From Clostridia bacterium (GTDB lineage Bacteria > Bacillota > Dehalobacteriia > UBA4068), in assembly GCA_012515255.1 (NCBI GenBank), contig JAAYYR010000058.1, positions 1 through 26,907 on the forward strand: DNA of 26,907 nt, given 5' to 3'. Within the stretch, counting starts at the first letter, position 1. Each line of letters opens with the position of its first letter. The position numbers and the translations under genes are program-made. Of the stretch, positions 7,055-16,873 are shown one piece after another. The notes under the pieces were generated by a model. It saw only the letters and a program-made list of their open reading frames with translations. It was not told the DNA's origin and made no database searches.

Positions 7055-9163
7055 TTAGGCGACAATCTTACTTAGATCGCCAATCTCGGCGGCGATTTGC
7101 TGAATTATCTGCAATAAGGCCAGCCGGTTGCGGCGCAGCTCCTGATTATCATCCATGACCATGACAGCGGTAAAAAAATCATTGATTGCCGGAGTCAGGC
7201 TATTGAGCGCAGCTAGCGCCGCCGCATAATCCGCCGCAGCCAACGCCGCCTTAGCCTGGTTCTCCATAGCCTGCACTTGCTGCCATAAGGCCTGCTCCGC
7301 ACTGTCGGCCAATAGCTCCGCCCGTACTTCGCCGGCGGCTCCGGCCTCGCCGCTCGCCGAGCGGAGGATATTGCCTACCCGCCCCATAGCCTCGAGCATA
7401 GCGGGGAAATCAGCGCCGCGGCGCGCTTGCTGCAAGGCCCGCGCCCGCTTGATCAGGCCAACCACATCGCCGGCGGCAGCCGCTTTGCTTGCCGCTACCG
7501 CATTGATCGTATCATAAGCCATGCCCTCGTCGCTGAGCAATGTTTCCACCCGCTGATTGACAAAGCCGATCAAATCGGTCTGTCGCTCAGCTGATTGCTC
7601 CCGGCCGATACCTGCCGCGTCCTTGGCGATCAGTTCAAAAGCCAGGGGGAGTATCCCAGCCAGGCGCAAAGGCAAGTTATGACGCGCCATGATCTGGGCG
7701 CAGCCGGAGGCGGCGCGGCGCAGGGCGTAGGGGTCCTGGGAGCCGGAGGGGATCATGTCCAGGCTGAAAAAACCGGTCATGCTGTCCAGCCTATCGGCCA
7801 GGGCAACCACGATACCGGCCCGGCTTTGCGGCAGTTCATCGCCGGCAAAGCGTGGCTGATAATGCTCGCGGATAGCCTGCGCCGCCTGCTCGTCCTCACC
7901 CGCGGCGCTGGCATAATACGCGCCCATAACGCCCTGCAGCTCAGGGAATTCATAGACGGCGCGGCTGCCCAGGTCGGCTTTGGCCAGAAAGGCGGCTCGC
8001 TTGACCAGCGCGATTTCTTCTTTGCTATAGCCTAAACATTCGGCTATAGATTCGCTAAGCCGAATGATACGCTCTACTTTTTGCCGCAGCGAGCCAAGTT
8101 TCTCATGGAAAACCACGGCGGAAAGCTCCTCCACCTTATCGTCCATTTTGTCCTTAAGGTCTTCATTATAGAAAAACTCGGCGTCCGCAAGGCGCGCCCG
8201 CAGCACTTTTTCATTGCCCTCGGCCACGATATCGAGATAGCGGCTGTCGCCGTTGCGCACGGTGATGAAGCGGGGCAGCAGCCCGCCCTTATCATCATAG
8301 ACCGGGAAATAGCGTTGCTGATCGACCATAGGCGTTGTGACCAGCTCCGGCGGTATGGCGAGGTATTTTTCCTCGAAGCGACCGGACAATGCGGTGGGGT
8401 ACTCGAGCAAATAAGTGATTTCGGTCAGCAATCCCTCATCTTCTGCCGCCACGCCGCCGAACTCCGCCGCGACTTGGGCGATCTGGCTGCGGCATAATTG
8501 GCGCCGCTCATCTTGGTCGACAATGACAAAATTACGCCGCAGAGCCTCTTGATAATCCGCGGGCCTGCTGATTTCGATCCGGTCGCTGCCGAGCAGACGA
8601 TGCCCGCGGCTGACACGGCCGGCTTTGACGCCGCCGAACTCGATATCGATAACAGTATCGCCAAACAGCGCCACCAGCCAGCGTACCGGCCGGGCGAAGC
8701 GCAAGGTATTATAGCCCCAGCGCATCGGTTTGGGGAAATAGAGCTTCTCGGCGATTGGCGGCAGCAGGCCGGGCAGCAGCTCGGCCGCTGCTTTGCCTAC
8801 CGTTTTTTTCCGCGCGTAGAGATAGATATTGCCGTTTTGCTCACGCTCGCTCAGATCATCCGGATTAACGCCCTGGCTGCGGCAAAATCCTTGCAAGGCT
8901 TTTGTCGGCTGCCCCGCGGCGTCAAAGGCGGCGCTTTTAGCCGGGCCCTTGACATCGGCTTCCCGGTCGAGCGCCTTGTCCGCCATACCCTCTGCCAGCA
9001 ACGCCAGGCGGCGCGGCGTGGCGTAGACGTTTAGCCGATTATAGGTCAGCCCCGCAGCTGCCAGGGCTTCCTCTGAAAGTTGTTTCATCTGATCGACAGC
9101 GCCCGGCAAAAAACGAGCGGGGATTTCTTCCACGCCGATCTCCCATAGTAAATCCTTAGTCAT
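7055..9163 (-). CDS. glyS: Glycine--tRNA ligase beta subunit
   Basis: 702 aa; [41 protein letters not shown]-terminal NRLALL; overlaps the glyQ stop. Confidence 0.97.
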   Translation of the reverse strand: MTKDLLWEIGVEEIPARFLPGAVDQMKQLSEEALAAAGLTYNRLNVYATPRRLALLAEGMADKALDREADVKGPAKSAAFDAAGQPTKALQGFCRSQGVNPDDLSEREQNGNIYLYARKKTVGKAAAELLPGLLPPIAEKLYFPKPMRWGYNTLRFARPVRWLVALFGDTVIDIEFGGVKAGRVSRGHRLLGSDRIEISRPADYQEALRRNFVIVDQDERRQLCRSQIAQVAAEFGGVAAEDEGLLTEITYLLEYPTALSGRFEEKYLAIPPELVTTPMVDQQRYFPVYDDKGGLLPRFITVRNGDSRYLDIVAEGNEKVLRARLADAEFFYNEDLKDKMDDKVEELSAVVFHEKLGSLRQKVERIIRLSESIAECLGYSKEEIALVKRAAFLAKADLGSRAVYEFPELQGVMGAYYASAAGEDEQAAQAIREHYQPRFAGDELPQSRAGIVVALADRLDSMTGFFSLDMIPSGSQDPYALRRAASGCAQIMARHNLPLRLAGILPLAFELIAKDAAGIGREQSAERQTDLIGFVNQRVETLLSDEGMAYDTINAVAASKAAAAGDVVGLIKRARALQQARRGADFPAMLEAMGRVGNILRSASGEAGAAGEVRAELLADSAEQALWQQVQAMENQAKAALAAADYAAALAALNSLTPAINDFFTAVMVMDDNQELRRNRLALLQIIQQIAAEIGDLSKIVA

Positions 9164-10070
9164 TACTCTTGACCTCCAATCCCAGTTTGGCCCGCAAAGC
9201 CTGATCCTTGAGCAGCGGATAGCCCAAGGCCTCGCGCTGCTTGAGATAAGCGGCGGCGCAGTCGCGCGCCATATTGCGCACCCGGCCGATAAAGCTTTGC
9301 CGCTCAGTCACAGAAATGGCGGAGCGGGCGTCGAGCAGATTGAAGGTATGCGAACATTTGAGGCAATAATCATAAGCCGGCTGGGGATAGCCCTGCTCCA
9401 CCACCCGGTAGCATTCTTTTTCAAACATATCGAAGAGGGCAAAAAGCATGGCTGTATCGGCGATCTCAAAATTATAATGCGAGTAATCGACTTCGTTTTG
9501 ATGATGTACATCGCCGTAGTTAATGCCGTCCACCCACTCGATATCATAAACGCTGTTTTTCTTCTGGATGAACATGGCCAGCCGCTCGATGCCATAAGTG
9601 ATTTCCCCTGCCACCGGATGGCAGTCGATGCCGCCGCATTGCTGGAAATAAGTGAACTGGGTCACTTCCATGCCGTCCAGCCATACTTCCCAGCCGAGGC
9701 CCCAGGCGCCCAAGGTCGGGCTCTCCCAGTTGTCCTCAACAAAGCGTATATCATGCTCCTCGCCGCGGACGCCGATCTTGGCCAGCGATTGCAGATACAA
9801 TTCCTGGATATTATCGGGGGACGGCTTCAGTAAGACCTGATATTGATAATAATGCTGCAGGCGATTGGGGTTTTCGCCATAGCGGCCGTCCGTGGGACGG
9901 CGTGAAGGCTCGACATAAGCCGCATTCCAAGGCTCCGGGCCGAGCGCGCGCAGGAAAGTGGCCGGGTTCATGGTACCGGCGCCTTTTTCCATATCATAGG
10001 GCTGAACGATAATACAGCCATGTTCGCCCCAAAATTTGTTAAGGCTAAGAATCAGCTCCTGAAAATTCAT
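9156..10070 (-). CDS. glyQ: Glycine--tRNA ligase alpha subunit
   Basis: MNFQELIL...[12 protein letters not shown]...[19 protein letters not shown]...EITYGIERL; RBS GAGGGAG before ATG 10070. Confidence 0.98.
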   Translation of the reverse strand: MNFQELILSLNKFWGEHGCIIVQPYDMEKGAGTMNPATFLRALGPEPWNAAYVEPSRRPTDGRYGENPNRLQHYYQYQVLLKPSPDNIQELYLQSLAKIGVRGEEHDIRFVEDNWESPTLGAWGLGWEVWLDGMEVTQFTYFQQCGGIDCHPVAGEITYGIERLAMFIQKKNSVYDIEWVDGINYGDVHHQNEVDYSHYNFEIADTAMLFALFDMFEKECYRVVEQGYPQPAYDYCLKCSHTFNLLDARSAISVTERQSFIGRVRNMARDCAAAYLKQREALGYPLLKDQALRAKLGLEVKSND

Positions 10071-10105
10071 TTTGGCTCCCTCTTTACTCATGAGTTTATC
10101 ACCTA

Positions 10106-10134
10106 ATTATAGTATTAGGCCAGGGGCTTGTCAA
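10106..10134 (-). promoter_or_regulatory. Consensus sigmaA promoter of glyQS
   Basis: Minus strand TTGACA(10134-10129)-17 nt-TATAAT(10111-10106), about 35 nt upstream of the glyQ ATG. Confidence 0.85.
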
Positions 10135-10299
10135 TCTTTGTCCCCAGCATCGCGCCATTATGGGAATTGCTTTTATCCGCGCTGTTTGCAATATGGAGCG
10201 TGGCGACGGAGGCTTTGATCCGTCCCCATTGCCGCTTTCATGATCTCCCTCAAAGCAAACAAGGCTTCCTCGCTATTACTCCTTCGTCTGCCAAGCAGC

Positions 10300-11625
10300 T
10301 TATACCGGCTCAACCACCAGCCCCTGCCCGGCCAGATCGACCCCGCGCACCCGCAGCAGCCCCGCCGGTATCTCAGCCGCTTGCCAGGGCAGCAGCAGCG
10401 TCACATAATTACCGCTATGCCCGCGCAGATAATGCTGTCCCGCCACAATAACGCTTTGCTCCGGTAGCAAATCCAGCTCTTGGCCGATAAAGCGGCGGCT
10501 GAAAGCCGCGGCCTGCTCACGTCCTAAATCAGCGAGCAGAGCGGCGCGCCGTTCTTTTTCCGCCTGGCTGATCTGCCCGGGTAAAGCGGCGGCCGCCGTA
10601 CCGCTGCGCCTTGAGTAAGGAAAAATATGCAGCCGCGCCGCGTTGAGCCGGCGCAAAAAATCTGCTGTCGCCGCAAAATCCGCCTCGCTTTCGCCGGGAA
10701 AGCCGACAATTGCATCGCTTGTAATGGCGATATCCGGGCGCAGAGCGCGTAATCTGTTTACGAGATCAAGAAATTCCGCCGTAGTATAGCTGCGCCCCAT
10801 GGCGGCAAGGATACGGTCGGAGCCGGATTGCAGCGGCAAATGCAGATGAGCGCAGAGGCGCGGCTCGCTACCTAGCATTTGCAGCAATTGCTCGCTTAAA
10901 TACTGCGGCTCAATCGAGCCGAGCCGTAGACGCGGTAGACCGGGCAACCCCAGCAAGGCCCGGATCAAAGCGGGCAAATCCTGGCCCGCGCCCAGATCCT
11001 GGCCATAAGCGCCGATCTGGATGCCGGATAAAACCAGCTCGGCATGTCCTGCCGCCGTGAGCCGGCGCGCCTGCTCCACCGCCTGATCAAGCGGCAGCGA
11101 GCGCACGGGCCCCCGCACATGGGGGATGATGCAATAAGCGCAATTTTGATCGCAGCCGTCCTCAATTTTCAGATAAGCGCGGGCGCGGCTTTGATCGCTC
11201 CTGTCCGCAATGAGCCGGAACTGACGCTGGCCGCTGATTTCTGTCACCGCAAGCATGGGGCGGTTGCTCCCGGGCTGGGCGGCTTGTGCTTGAAAGGCCG
11301 CGACCAGCTCGGGCAGACGGCGGCGCTCGTCCACACCGGCGACGATATCCACGCCGGAAAGCGCCGCAATGCCGGCCGCGTCACGCTGGGCATAACAGCC
11401 GCAGACCGCGAGTATTGCCTGCGGCTGCTCACGGCGCAGGCGGCGAATTAGATTACGCGCCTTTTTATCCGCGGTCGCAGTCACGGTGCAGGTATTGATG
11501 ATAATCAGCCGCGGCTCATCCGCGTCATGGCGCCAGCCGTGAGCCAAAAAGAGGGCGGAGATCGCTCCCCCCTCTTCTTGATTGACCTTGCAGCCGAAAT
11601 TATATACGGCAAATGTACTGTTCAT
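10300..11625 (-). CDS. mtaB: tRNA t6A37 methylthiotransferase (MiaB-like radical SAM, MtaB)
   Basis: NFGCKVNQ and INTCTVT (UPF0004 domain), radical SAM CDQNCAYC, HLHLPLQSGSD, HIFPYSRRSGT; follows dnaJ. Confidence 0.92.
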   Translation of the reverse strand: MNSTFAVYNFGCKVNQEEGGAISALFLAHGWRHDADEPRLIIINTCTVTATADKKARNLIRRLRREQPQAILAVCGCYAQRDAAGIAALSGVDIVAGVDERRRLPELVAAFQAQAAQPGSNRPMLAVTEISGQRQFRLIADRSDQSRARAYLKIEDGCDQNCAYCIIPHVRGPVRSLPLDQAVEQARRLTAAGHAELVLSGIQIGAYGQDLGAGQDLPALIRALLGLPGLPRLRLGSIEPQYLSEQLLQMLGSEPRLCAHLHLPLQSGSDRILAAMGRSYTTAEFLDLVNRLRALRPDIAITSDAIVGFPGESEADFAATADFLRRLNAARLHIFPYSRRSGTAAAALPGQISQAEKERRAALLADLGREQAAAFSRRFIGQELDLLPEQSVIVAGQHYLRGHSGNYVTLLLPWQAAEIPAGLLRVRGVDLAGQGLVVEPV

Positions 11626-11636
11626 ACAGCCTCGCC

Positions 11637-12779
11637 TTATCTATCCTTGAAAATCTTGCCGAAAAAGCCTTTTTTGTCGTCGCCCGTACCATCGCCCAGC
11701 CGGCGCAAGATTTCTTTTTGCTCTGCATTAAGATGTGTCGGCGTGACCACCTTGACCTTCACATACTGATCGCCGCGGCCATAGCCGCGCAGCTTGGGGA
11801 AACCGCGCCCGCGCAGGCGGAAGGTAGTGGCTGTTTGGGTGCCCTCCGGTATATCGAGCTTGACAGCGCCGTCTAAGGTCGGCACCTCGATCGCGGCGCC
11901 CAGGGCCGCCTCGACAAAGCTGATTGGCTGCTCTAAAAACACATGGTCGCCGTCGCGCTTGAACAGCTTATGCGGACGCACGGAAATGTAGATGAACAGG
12001 TCGCCCGCGGGGCCGCCGTTTTTACCGCCTTCGCCCTCCCCAGCCATACGCAGCCGCGAGCCGTTATCCACGCCGGCCGGCACATGTACGACTAGTTTGC
12101 GATTTTTGCGCATTCGGCCGCTGCCGCCGCAGTCGGGACATGGCTCTTTGATGACGCTGCCGCTGCCGGCGCATCTGGGACAAGTCTTGACTGTCTGGAA
12201 CTGGCCAAACGGCGTGCTTTGCGTAGTGCGCACCCTGCCGCTGCCGCCACAGCCGGCGCATTTCTCGCGGCCGGTGCCGGGCTTAGCGCCGCTGCCATGG
12301 CATTTAACGCAGCCTTCATAGCGGCTGACCGATATTTCCTTATCAACGCCCCTGGCCGCCTCCTCGAAACTGACCTGCATATCGACTCGCATATCATTGC
12401 CGCGCGAGGGGGCGTTCGGGTCGCGCTGCTGCTGAGTAAAGCCGCCACCAAAAAATGTCTCGAATATATCGCCGAAGCCGCCGCCAAAACTGCCGCCAAA
12501 AGGATTGCCCGCGCCGCCAAAAGGATTGCCGCCATAGCCGCCGGCGCCTCCCATCGGATCATTATGACCGAACTGGTCATAGCGGGCCCGGGAATTATTA
12601 TCGGATAAAATCTCGTAAGCCTCGTTGATTTCCTTAAATTTGCTCTCGGCGGTCTTACTGTCCGGGTTGAGGTCCGGATGATATTGCTTGGCCAGCTTTT
12701 TATAGGCCTTTTTAATCGTCTCATCGTCGGCGTCGCGGCTAACGCCCAGCACATCGTAATAATCGCGTTTCTCTGCCAT
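11637..12779 (-). CDS. dnaJ: Chaperone DnaJ
   Basis: J domain with HPD, G/F-rich region, four CxxCxGxG repeats. Confidence 0.99.
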   Translation of the reverse strand: MAEKRDYYDVLGVSRDADDETIKKAYKKLAKQYHPDLNPDSKTAESKFKEINEAYEILSDNNSRARYDQFGHNDPMGGAGGYGGNPFGGAGNPFGGSFGGGFGDIFETFFGGGFTQQQRDPNAPSRGNDMRVDMQVSFEEAARGVDKEISVSRYEGCVKCHGSGAKPGTGREKCAGCGGSGRVRTTQSTPFGQFQTVKTCPRCAGSGSVIKEPCPDCGGSGRMRKNRKLVVHVPAGVDNGSRLRMAGEGEGGKNGGPAGDLFIYISVRPHKLFKRDGDHVFLEQPISFVEAALGAAIEVPTLDGAVKLDIPEGTQTATTFRLRGRGFPKLRGYGRGDQYVKVKVVTPTHLNAEQKEILRRLGDGTGDDKKGFFGKIFKDR

Positions 12780-12908
12780 TGTTACCTCTTTCGCACATCA
12801 GGGGATGGGGCGGCCGTTACGCCTCACATAGGAGCAAGGGACGGCCCGCCGGGGTAAAGCCCGGGCTGCGCGGCGAAACAGCCGCGCGGTCCGGGCATCA
12901 TTATAAAC

Positions 12909-14795
12909 TTAATCCTTTTTATTGTCATCATCCACATCATGGAATTCCGCATCATAGAAATCTTGGGCTTGCTGCTGATTGAAATCAGCGTCATTGCCAT
13001 CAGCGCCGCCGGGGCCGGCTCCGGCAGCACCTTCCTGCTGCTGTTGCTGTTGTTGGGCGGCTGCCGCGGCCTCGCCGTAAATGCGCTCGGTGACTTTATA
13101 CAAAGCCTCGGAAAGAGCTTTGGTCTTGGCCTCGATCAAATCGCTATCGTCACCGGCCAAAGCGTCGGCCAAATCCTTTTTCGCCGCCTCGATGGCTTCT
13201 TTTTCCGCGTCCTGCACCTTGCCTTCCAGGTCTTTCAGCGAGCGGTCCACCGAGTAGAGCAGACTGTCGCCCTGATTGCGGATCTCAACGGTTTTCTTCT
13301 TCTTCTCGTCATCCTCGCGATACTGTTCGGCATCGGCCATCATACGGTCGATCTCGCTGTCGGACAGGCCGGAGCTGGCGGTAATGGTCACGCTCTGCTG
13401 TTTGCCGGTGCCAAGATCCTTGGCGCTGACATGGACGATGCCATTGGCGTCGATATCGAAGCGGACTTCGATCTGCGGCACGCCGCGGGGAGCCGGAGCA
13501 ATGCCGGTCAAATTAAAGCGGCCCAGCGTCTTATTATCGGATGCCATTTGCCGTTCGCCCTGCAGCACATGAATTTCCACCGAAGGCTGATTGTCGGAGG
13601 CTGTAGAGAAAATTTGGCTCTTTTGCGTGGGTATAGTGGTGTTGCGGTCGATAAGGCGGGTGAAAACGCCGCCTAAGGTCTCGATGCCAAGGGACAATGG
13701 AGTCACGTCGAGCAGCAGCACGTCCTTGACCTCTTTATTGAGGATACCGCCTTGAATAGCCGCGCCCAAAGCGACGCATTCATCGGGATTGATACCCTTA
13801 TGCGGCTCTTTGCCCAATAGCTTGCGTACGGCTTCCTGCACCGCGGGGATACGGGTAGCGCCGCCTACCAGCAAAACCCGGTCGATTTCCGAGGCTTGAA
13901 GCCCGGAGTCTTGCAAAGCTCTTTTGGTAGGGCCAACGGTTTTCTCCACCAGTTCAGCGGTCAACTCATCGAATTTGGCTCGGGTGAGATTGAATTCCAA
14001 ATGCTTGGGGCCATCGGCTGTGGCGGTGATAAAAGGCAGGTTGATGGTGGAGGACATCATGCCGGAAAGCTCGATTTTGGCTTTTTCAGCCGCCTCGCGC
14101 AGGCGCTGCATGGCCATTTTATCAGCGGCCAGGTCAATGCCCTGCTCGCGCCGGAACATATCCACCAGGTAATTGACGATACGGGCGTCGAAATCATCGC
14201 CGCCAAGCGAGTTATTACCGGAAGTGGCCTTGACCTGAAAGACGCCTTCGTCCAGCTCAAGGATTGATACGTCGAACGTGCCGCCGCCCAGGTCGAATAC
14301 GAGCACTGTATGCTCCTCTGATTTTTCCAGACCATAAGCCAAAGCTGCTGCTGTCGGCTCATTGATGATGCGCAGCACTTCCAGCCCTGCGATCTTGCCT
14401 GCGTCCTTTGTCGCCTGGCGCTGCGCGTCGGAGAAGTAAGCCGGCACGGTGATTACCGCCTGGGTTACGGTCTCGCCCAGATAAGCCTCAGCGTCGCTTT
14501 TCAGTTTTTGTAGGATCATAGCGGAGATTTCTGCCGGCTGATAAGCTTTGCCGCCCAGCTTGACCTCCATCTTTTTGCCCATCTGGCGCTTGATCGACAT
14601 GACAGTGTTATCGGGATTGGTGACAGCCTGCCTTTTGGCAATTTGGCCCACGAGGCGCTCGCCATTGGCATAAGCCACCACAGACGGCGTAGTGCGCGCG
14701 CCTTCGGGATTGGGGATGACTATGGCCTCGCCGCCTTCCATAACGGCGACGCAAGAGTTTGTCGTTCCTAAATCAATACCTATGACTTTACTCAT
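12909..14795 (-). CDS. dnaK: Chaperone DnaK (Hsp70)
   Basis: [34 protein letters not shown]; RBS AAGGAGG before ATG 14795. Confidence 0.99.
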   Translation of the reverse strand: MSKVIGIDLGTTNSCVAVMEGGEAIVIPNPEGARTTPSVVAYANGERLVGQIAKRQAVTNPDNTVMSIKRQMGKKMEVKLGGKAYQPAEISAMILQKLKSDAEAYLGETVTQAVITVPAYFSDAQRQATKDAGKIAGLEVLRIINEPTAAALAYGLEKSEEHTVLVFDLGGGTFDVSILELDEGVFQVKATSGNNSLGGDDFDARIVNYLVDMFRREQGIDLAADKMAMQRLREAAEKAKIELSGMMSSTINLPFITATADGPKHLEFNLTRAKFDELTAELVEKTVGPTKRALQDSGLQASEIDRVLLVGGATRIPAVQEAVRKLLGKEPHKGINPDECVALGAAIQGGILNKEVKDVLLLDVTPLSLGIETLGGVFTRLIDRNTTIPTQKSQIFSTASDNQPSVEIHVLQGERQMASDNKTLGRFNLTGIAPAPRGVPQIEVRFDIDANGIVHVSAKDLGTGKQQSVTITASSGLSDSEIDRMMADAEQYREDDEKKKKTVEIRNQGDSLLYSVDRSLKDLEGKVQDAEKEAIEAAKKDLADALAGDDSDLIEAKTKALSEALYKVTERIYGEAAAAAQQQQQQQEGAAGAGPGGADGNDADFNQQQAQDFYDAEFHDVDDDNKKD

Positions 14796-14851
14796 TGTAA
14801 AATCCTCCTTCATTTATCTTTTGTTTTTCTATTTACTTTAATTTTCCCGGC

Positions 14852-15457
14852 TCATTTACCTACATGCACCATGGACGGACGCAATAGCTTATCGTCAAAG
14901 AGATAGCCTTTTTGCAAAACCAAAGTCACCTTGCCCTTTGGTCCCGCCGCATCCTCAGCTACCGCCTGGTGAAAATTAGGGTCAAAATCCGCGCCGAGAG
15001 CGGCGATCTCGCTTAAGCCGGCGCAAGCGAGTGCATCCATTAGCTGGCGGTAAATCATTAATACGCCGTCCTTGCCGCTATCATCCGGCATCAGGGCTAT
15101 GGCTCGCTCCAGATTATCGATGACCGGCAGAATATTGCAGATCAGCTCCCGGGCTCCTCTTTTGCCCGCTTCTTCCGCTTCGCGGCGGGTGCGGCGCCGG
15201 TAATTATCAAAATCCGCCTGCACGCGCAAAGCCCGAGACTCCGCATCCGCGGCGACGGATTGCGCCTTTTGATACTCGGTCAAGAAGGCCATGATATCAA
15301 AATCCCCGGCTTCGATCGCGGACTGCAGTTCCGCGGCTTCCGCCCGCAGCCTGGCTTCATCGGTCGGCGCATGCATACCTTGCGCCTGATCCGCGGGGCG
15401 CAGTTGTTCCCCGCCGCCTGCCGCCATTTCTTCATGATACTTTCTTTGCTCTGCCAT
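14852..15457 (-). CDS. grpE: Nucleotide exchange factor GrpE
   Basis: RVQADFDNYRRR, LPVIDNLERA, FDPNFHQAV, LQKGY...LLRPSMVHV. Confidence 0.97.
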   Translation of the reverse strand: MAEQRKYHEEMAAGGGEQLRPADQAQGMHAPTDEARLRAEAAELQSAIEAGDFDIMAFLTEYQKAQSVAADAESRALRVQADFDNYRRRTRREAEEAGKRGARELICNILPVIDNLERAIALMPDDSGKDGVLMIYRQLMDALACAGLSEIAALGADFDPNFHQAVAEDAAGPKGKVTLVLQKGYLFDDKLLRPSMVHVGK

Positions 15458-15500
15458 GACTTCACCTCATTGTATAATTTATCTTTCCGTTTAAACAAGA

Positions 15501-16538
15501 TTATTCTTGGCTTTTCTTATCTTTATCAGACATGGTGCGCGAAAGTTCGCCGGCGATAAATTCCATCAGGGAAACAGTGCGGCTATAATTGAGTCGGGTG
15601 GGGCCGAGCACGCCGAGGCTGCCCGCTTTTTCGCCGTTGACGAAATAATTAGCCACAACCATGGAGCAATCCTGCGCGCCTTCTACCGGCATTTCGCCGC
15701 CGATGGTTACGGTCAGCTGGTCGCTGTCTGAAGTCTGCAGCAATTTTTCCACTTGCGGATCATCTTCGATGATCGACATCATGGAGCGCAGCTTTTCGAT
15801 ATCCTGAAACTCGGGCTGCGACAACATATTCATAATGCCGCCGGTGAATATTTTATGGGCGGTTTCTCCCGTTAATGTCTGTTCCAGTAAATCAAAGGCC
15901 TGCTCCGCCAATTTATCCTGGCGTTGAAAATCATAAAGCCGCTCGCGCAGCATATCATAGCTGATGTTTTTCAGCTCCGCGCCCACCAAGTATTGGCGCA
16001 GCTTTTGCTCGATCCGCGCCAGCTCCTCGGCATTGATCGGCAGGGGCAGCTCAAAGAGCTTATGCCGCACGATACCGGTTGAGGCAAGCAGAATCACCAA
16101 CACCTGATATTCATTGATCGATACTAACTGAAGATTGAGCAGATTGCCGCGCCCCTGCTCGGGAACTGCGGCGATAGAGGTATAATTGGTCAGGCGGGAA
16201 ATCATATTGCAGCAGGAGCGCATAAAGCTGTCCAGCTCGGAGAACTCGCCGCTCATAATTTCGCGCACTTGATGCCGTTGCGCCGAGGTTAGCGGCTCTC
16301 TTTGCATCATATTATCCACATAATAGCGGTAGCCTTTAGCCGAGGGGATGCGGCCCGCTGAAGTATGCGGTTGCTCAATATAGCCTTCCTCCTCAAGATC
16401 GCTCATCTCATTGCGAATCGTAGCGGGGGATACGCCTAAATCATATTTTTTGGATACCGCCCGCGAGCCGACAGGTTCGGCATTGGCGATATAATCCTTG
16501 ATGATGGCGTTCAGCACCTGTTTTTTTCTTTCTTCCAT
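15501..16538 (-). CDS. hrcA: Heat-inducible transcription repressor HrcA
   Basis: EPVGSRAV...SPATIRNEMSDLEEEGYIEQPHTSAGRIPS...GVLGPTRLNY. Confidence 0.98.
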   Translation of the reverse strand: MEERKKQVLNAIIKDYIANAEPVGSRAVSKKYDLGVSPATIRNEMSDLEEEGYIEQPHTSAGRIPSAKGYRYYVDNMMQREPLTSAQRHQVREIMSGEFSELDSFMRSCCNMISRLTNYTSIAAVPEQGRGNLLNLQLVSINEYQVLVILLASTGIVRHKLFELPLPINAEELARIEQKLRQYLVGAELKNISYDMLRERLYDFQRQDKLAEQAFDLLEQTLTGETAHKIFTGGIMNMLSQPEFQDIEKLRSMMSIIEDDPQVEKLLQTSDSDQLTVTIGGEMPVEGAQDCSMVVANYFVNGEKAGSLGVLGPTRLNYSRTVSLMEFIAGELSRTMSDKDKKSQE

Positions 16539-16554
16539 GGGTGCCCTCCTTCTG

Positions 16555-16581
16555 ATAGCACTCTCCCTCGTCGAGTGCTAA
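16555..16581 (-). promoter_or_regulatory. CIRCE element (HrcA operator)
   Basis: Minus strand TTAGCACTC-N9-GAGTGCTAT, one mismatch to TTAGCACTC-N9-GAGTGCTAA, between the promoter and the hrcA RBS. Confidence 0.96.
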
Positions 16582-16585
16582 TAAT

Positions 16586-16614
16586 AGCTTACACCCTTAA
16601 CCAAATATTGTCAA
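16586..16614 (-). promoter_or_regulatory. sigmaA promoter of the hrcA-dnaK operon
   Basis: Minus strand TTGACA(16614-16609)-17 nt-TAAGCT(16591-16586), just upstream of CIRCE. Confidence 0.75.
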
Positions 16615-16789
16615 GAAGAATTTTGACCTTTGCGCAAAAAGTTTGACCTTTGTATTCCCCCTGCTCTAGTGCTTGATTTTTCCGGCCGTCCGCCGGAGAA
16701 AATCCATTTTAGAGCGGCGGCCGGCATCCTTTTGGCTATAGACGCGCCTATGCCGTCCGCAATAATAGCGCTTGAAAAGCGCCTGGGTC

Positions 16790-16818
16790 TTTACAGCGCC
16801 GCTGCCGCATGATAAAAT
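16790..16818 (+). promoter_or_regulatory. Putative sigmaA promoter of pta (extended -10)
   Basis: TTTACA(16790-16795)-17 nt-TAAAAT(16813-16818) with TGn before the -10. Confidence 0.6.
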
Positions 16819-16873
16819 ATCTTCTATATTTATAGGATTCAGCCAATGGCGAAATATATACGGAGGCGAAAAC

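Noticed and set aside
10135-10299. Possible T-box or small ORF (MKAAMGTDQSLRRHAPYCKQRG) between mtaB and glyQ
   Set aside because: No T-box consensus; the 22-aa ORF has an RBS-like GAGGGAG but no other support; the GACGGA/TCCGTC hairpin lacks a U-tract.
12939-14267. Long ORFs antisense to dnaK
   Set aside because: Antisense ORFs opposite hsp70 genes are a well-known codon-bias effect; here they are broken and show no domain.
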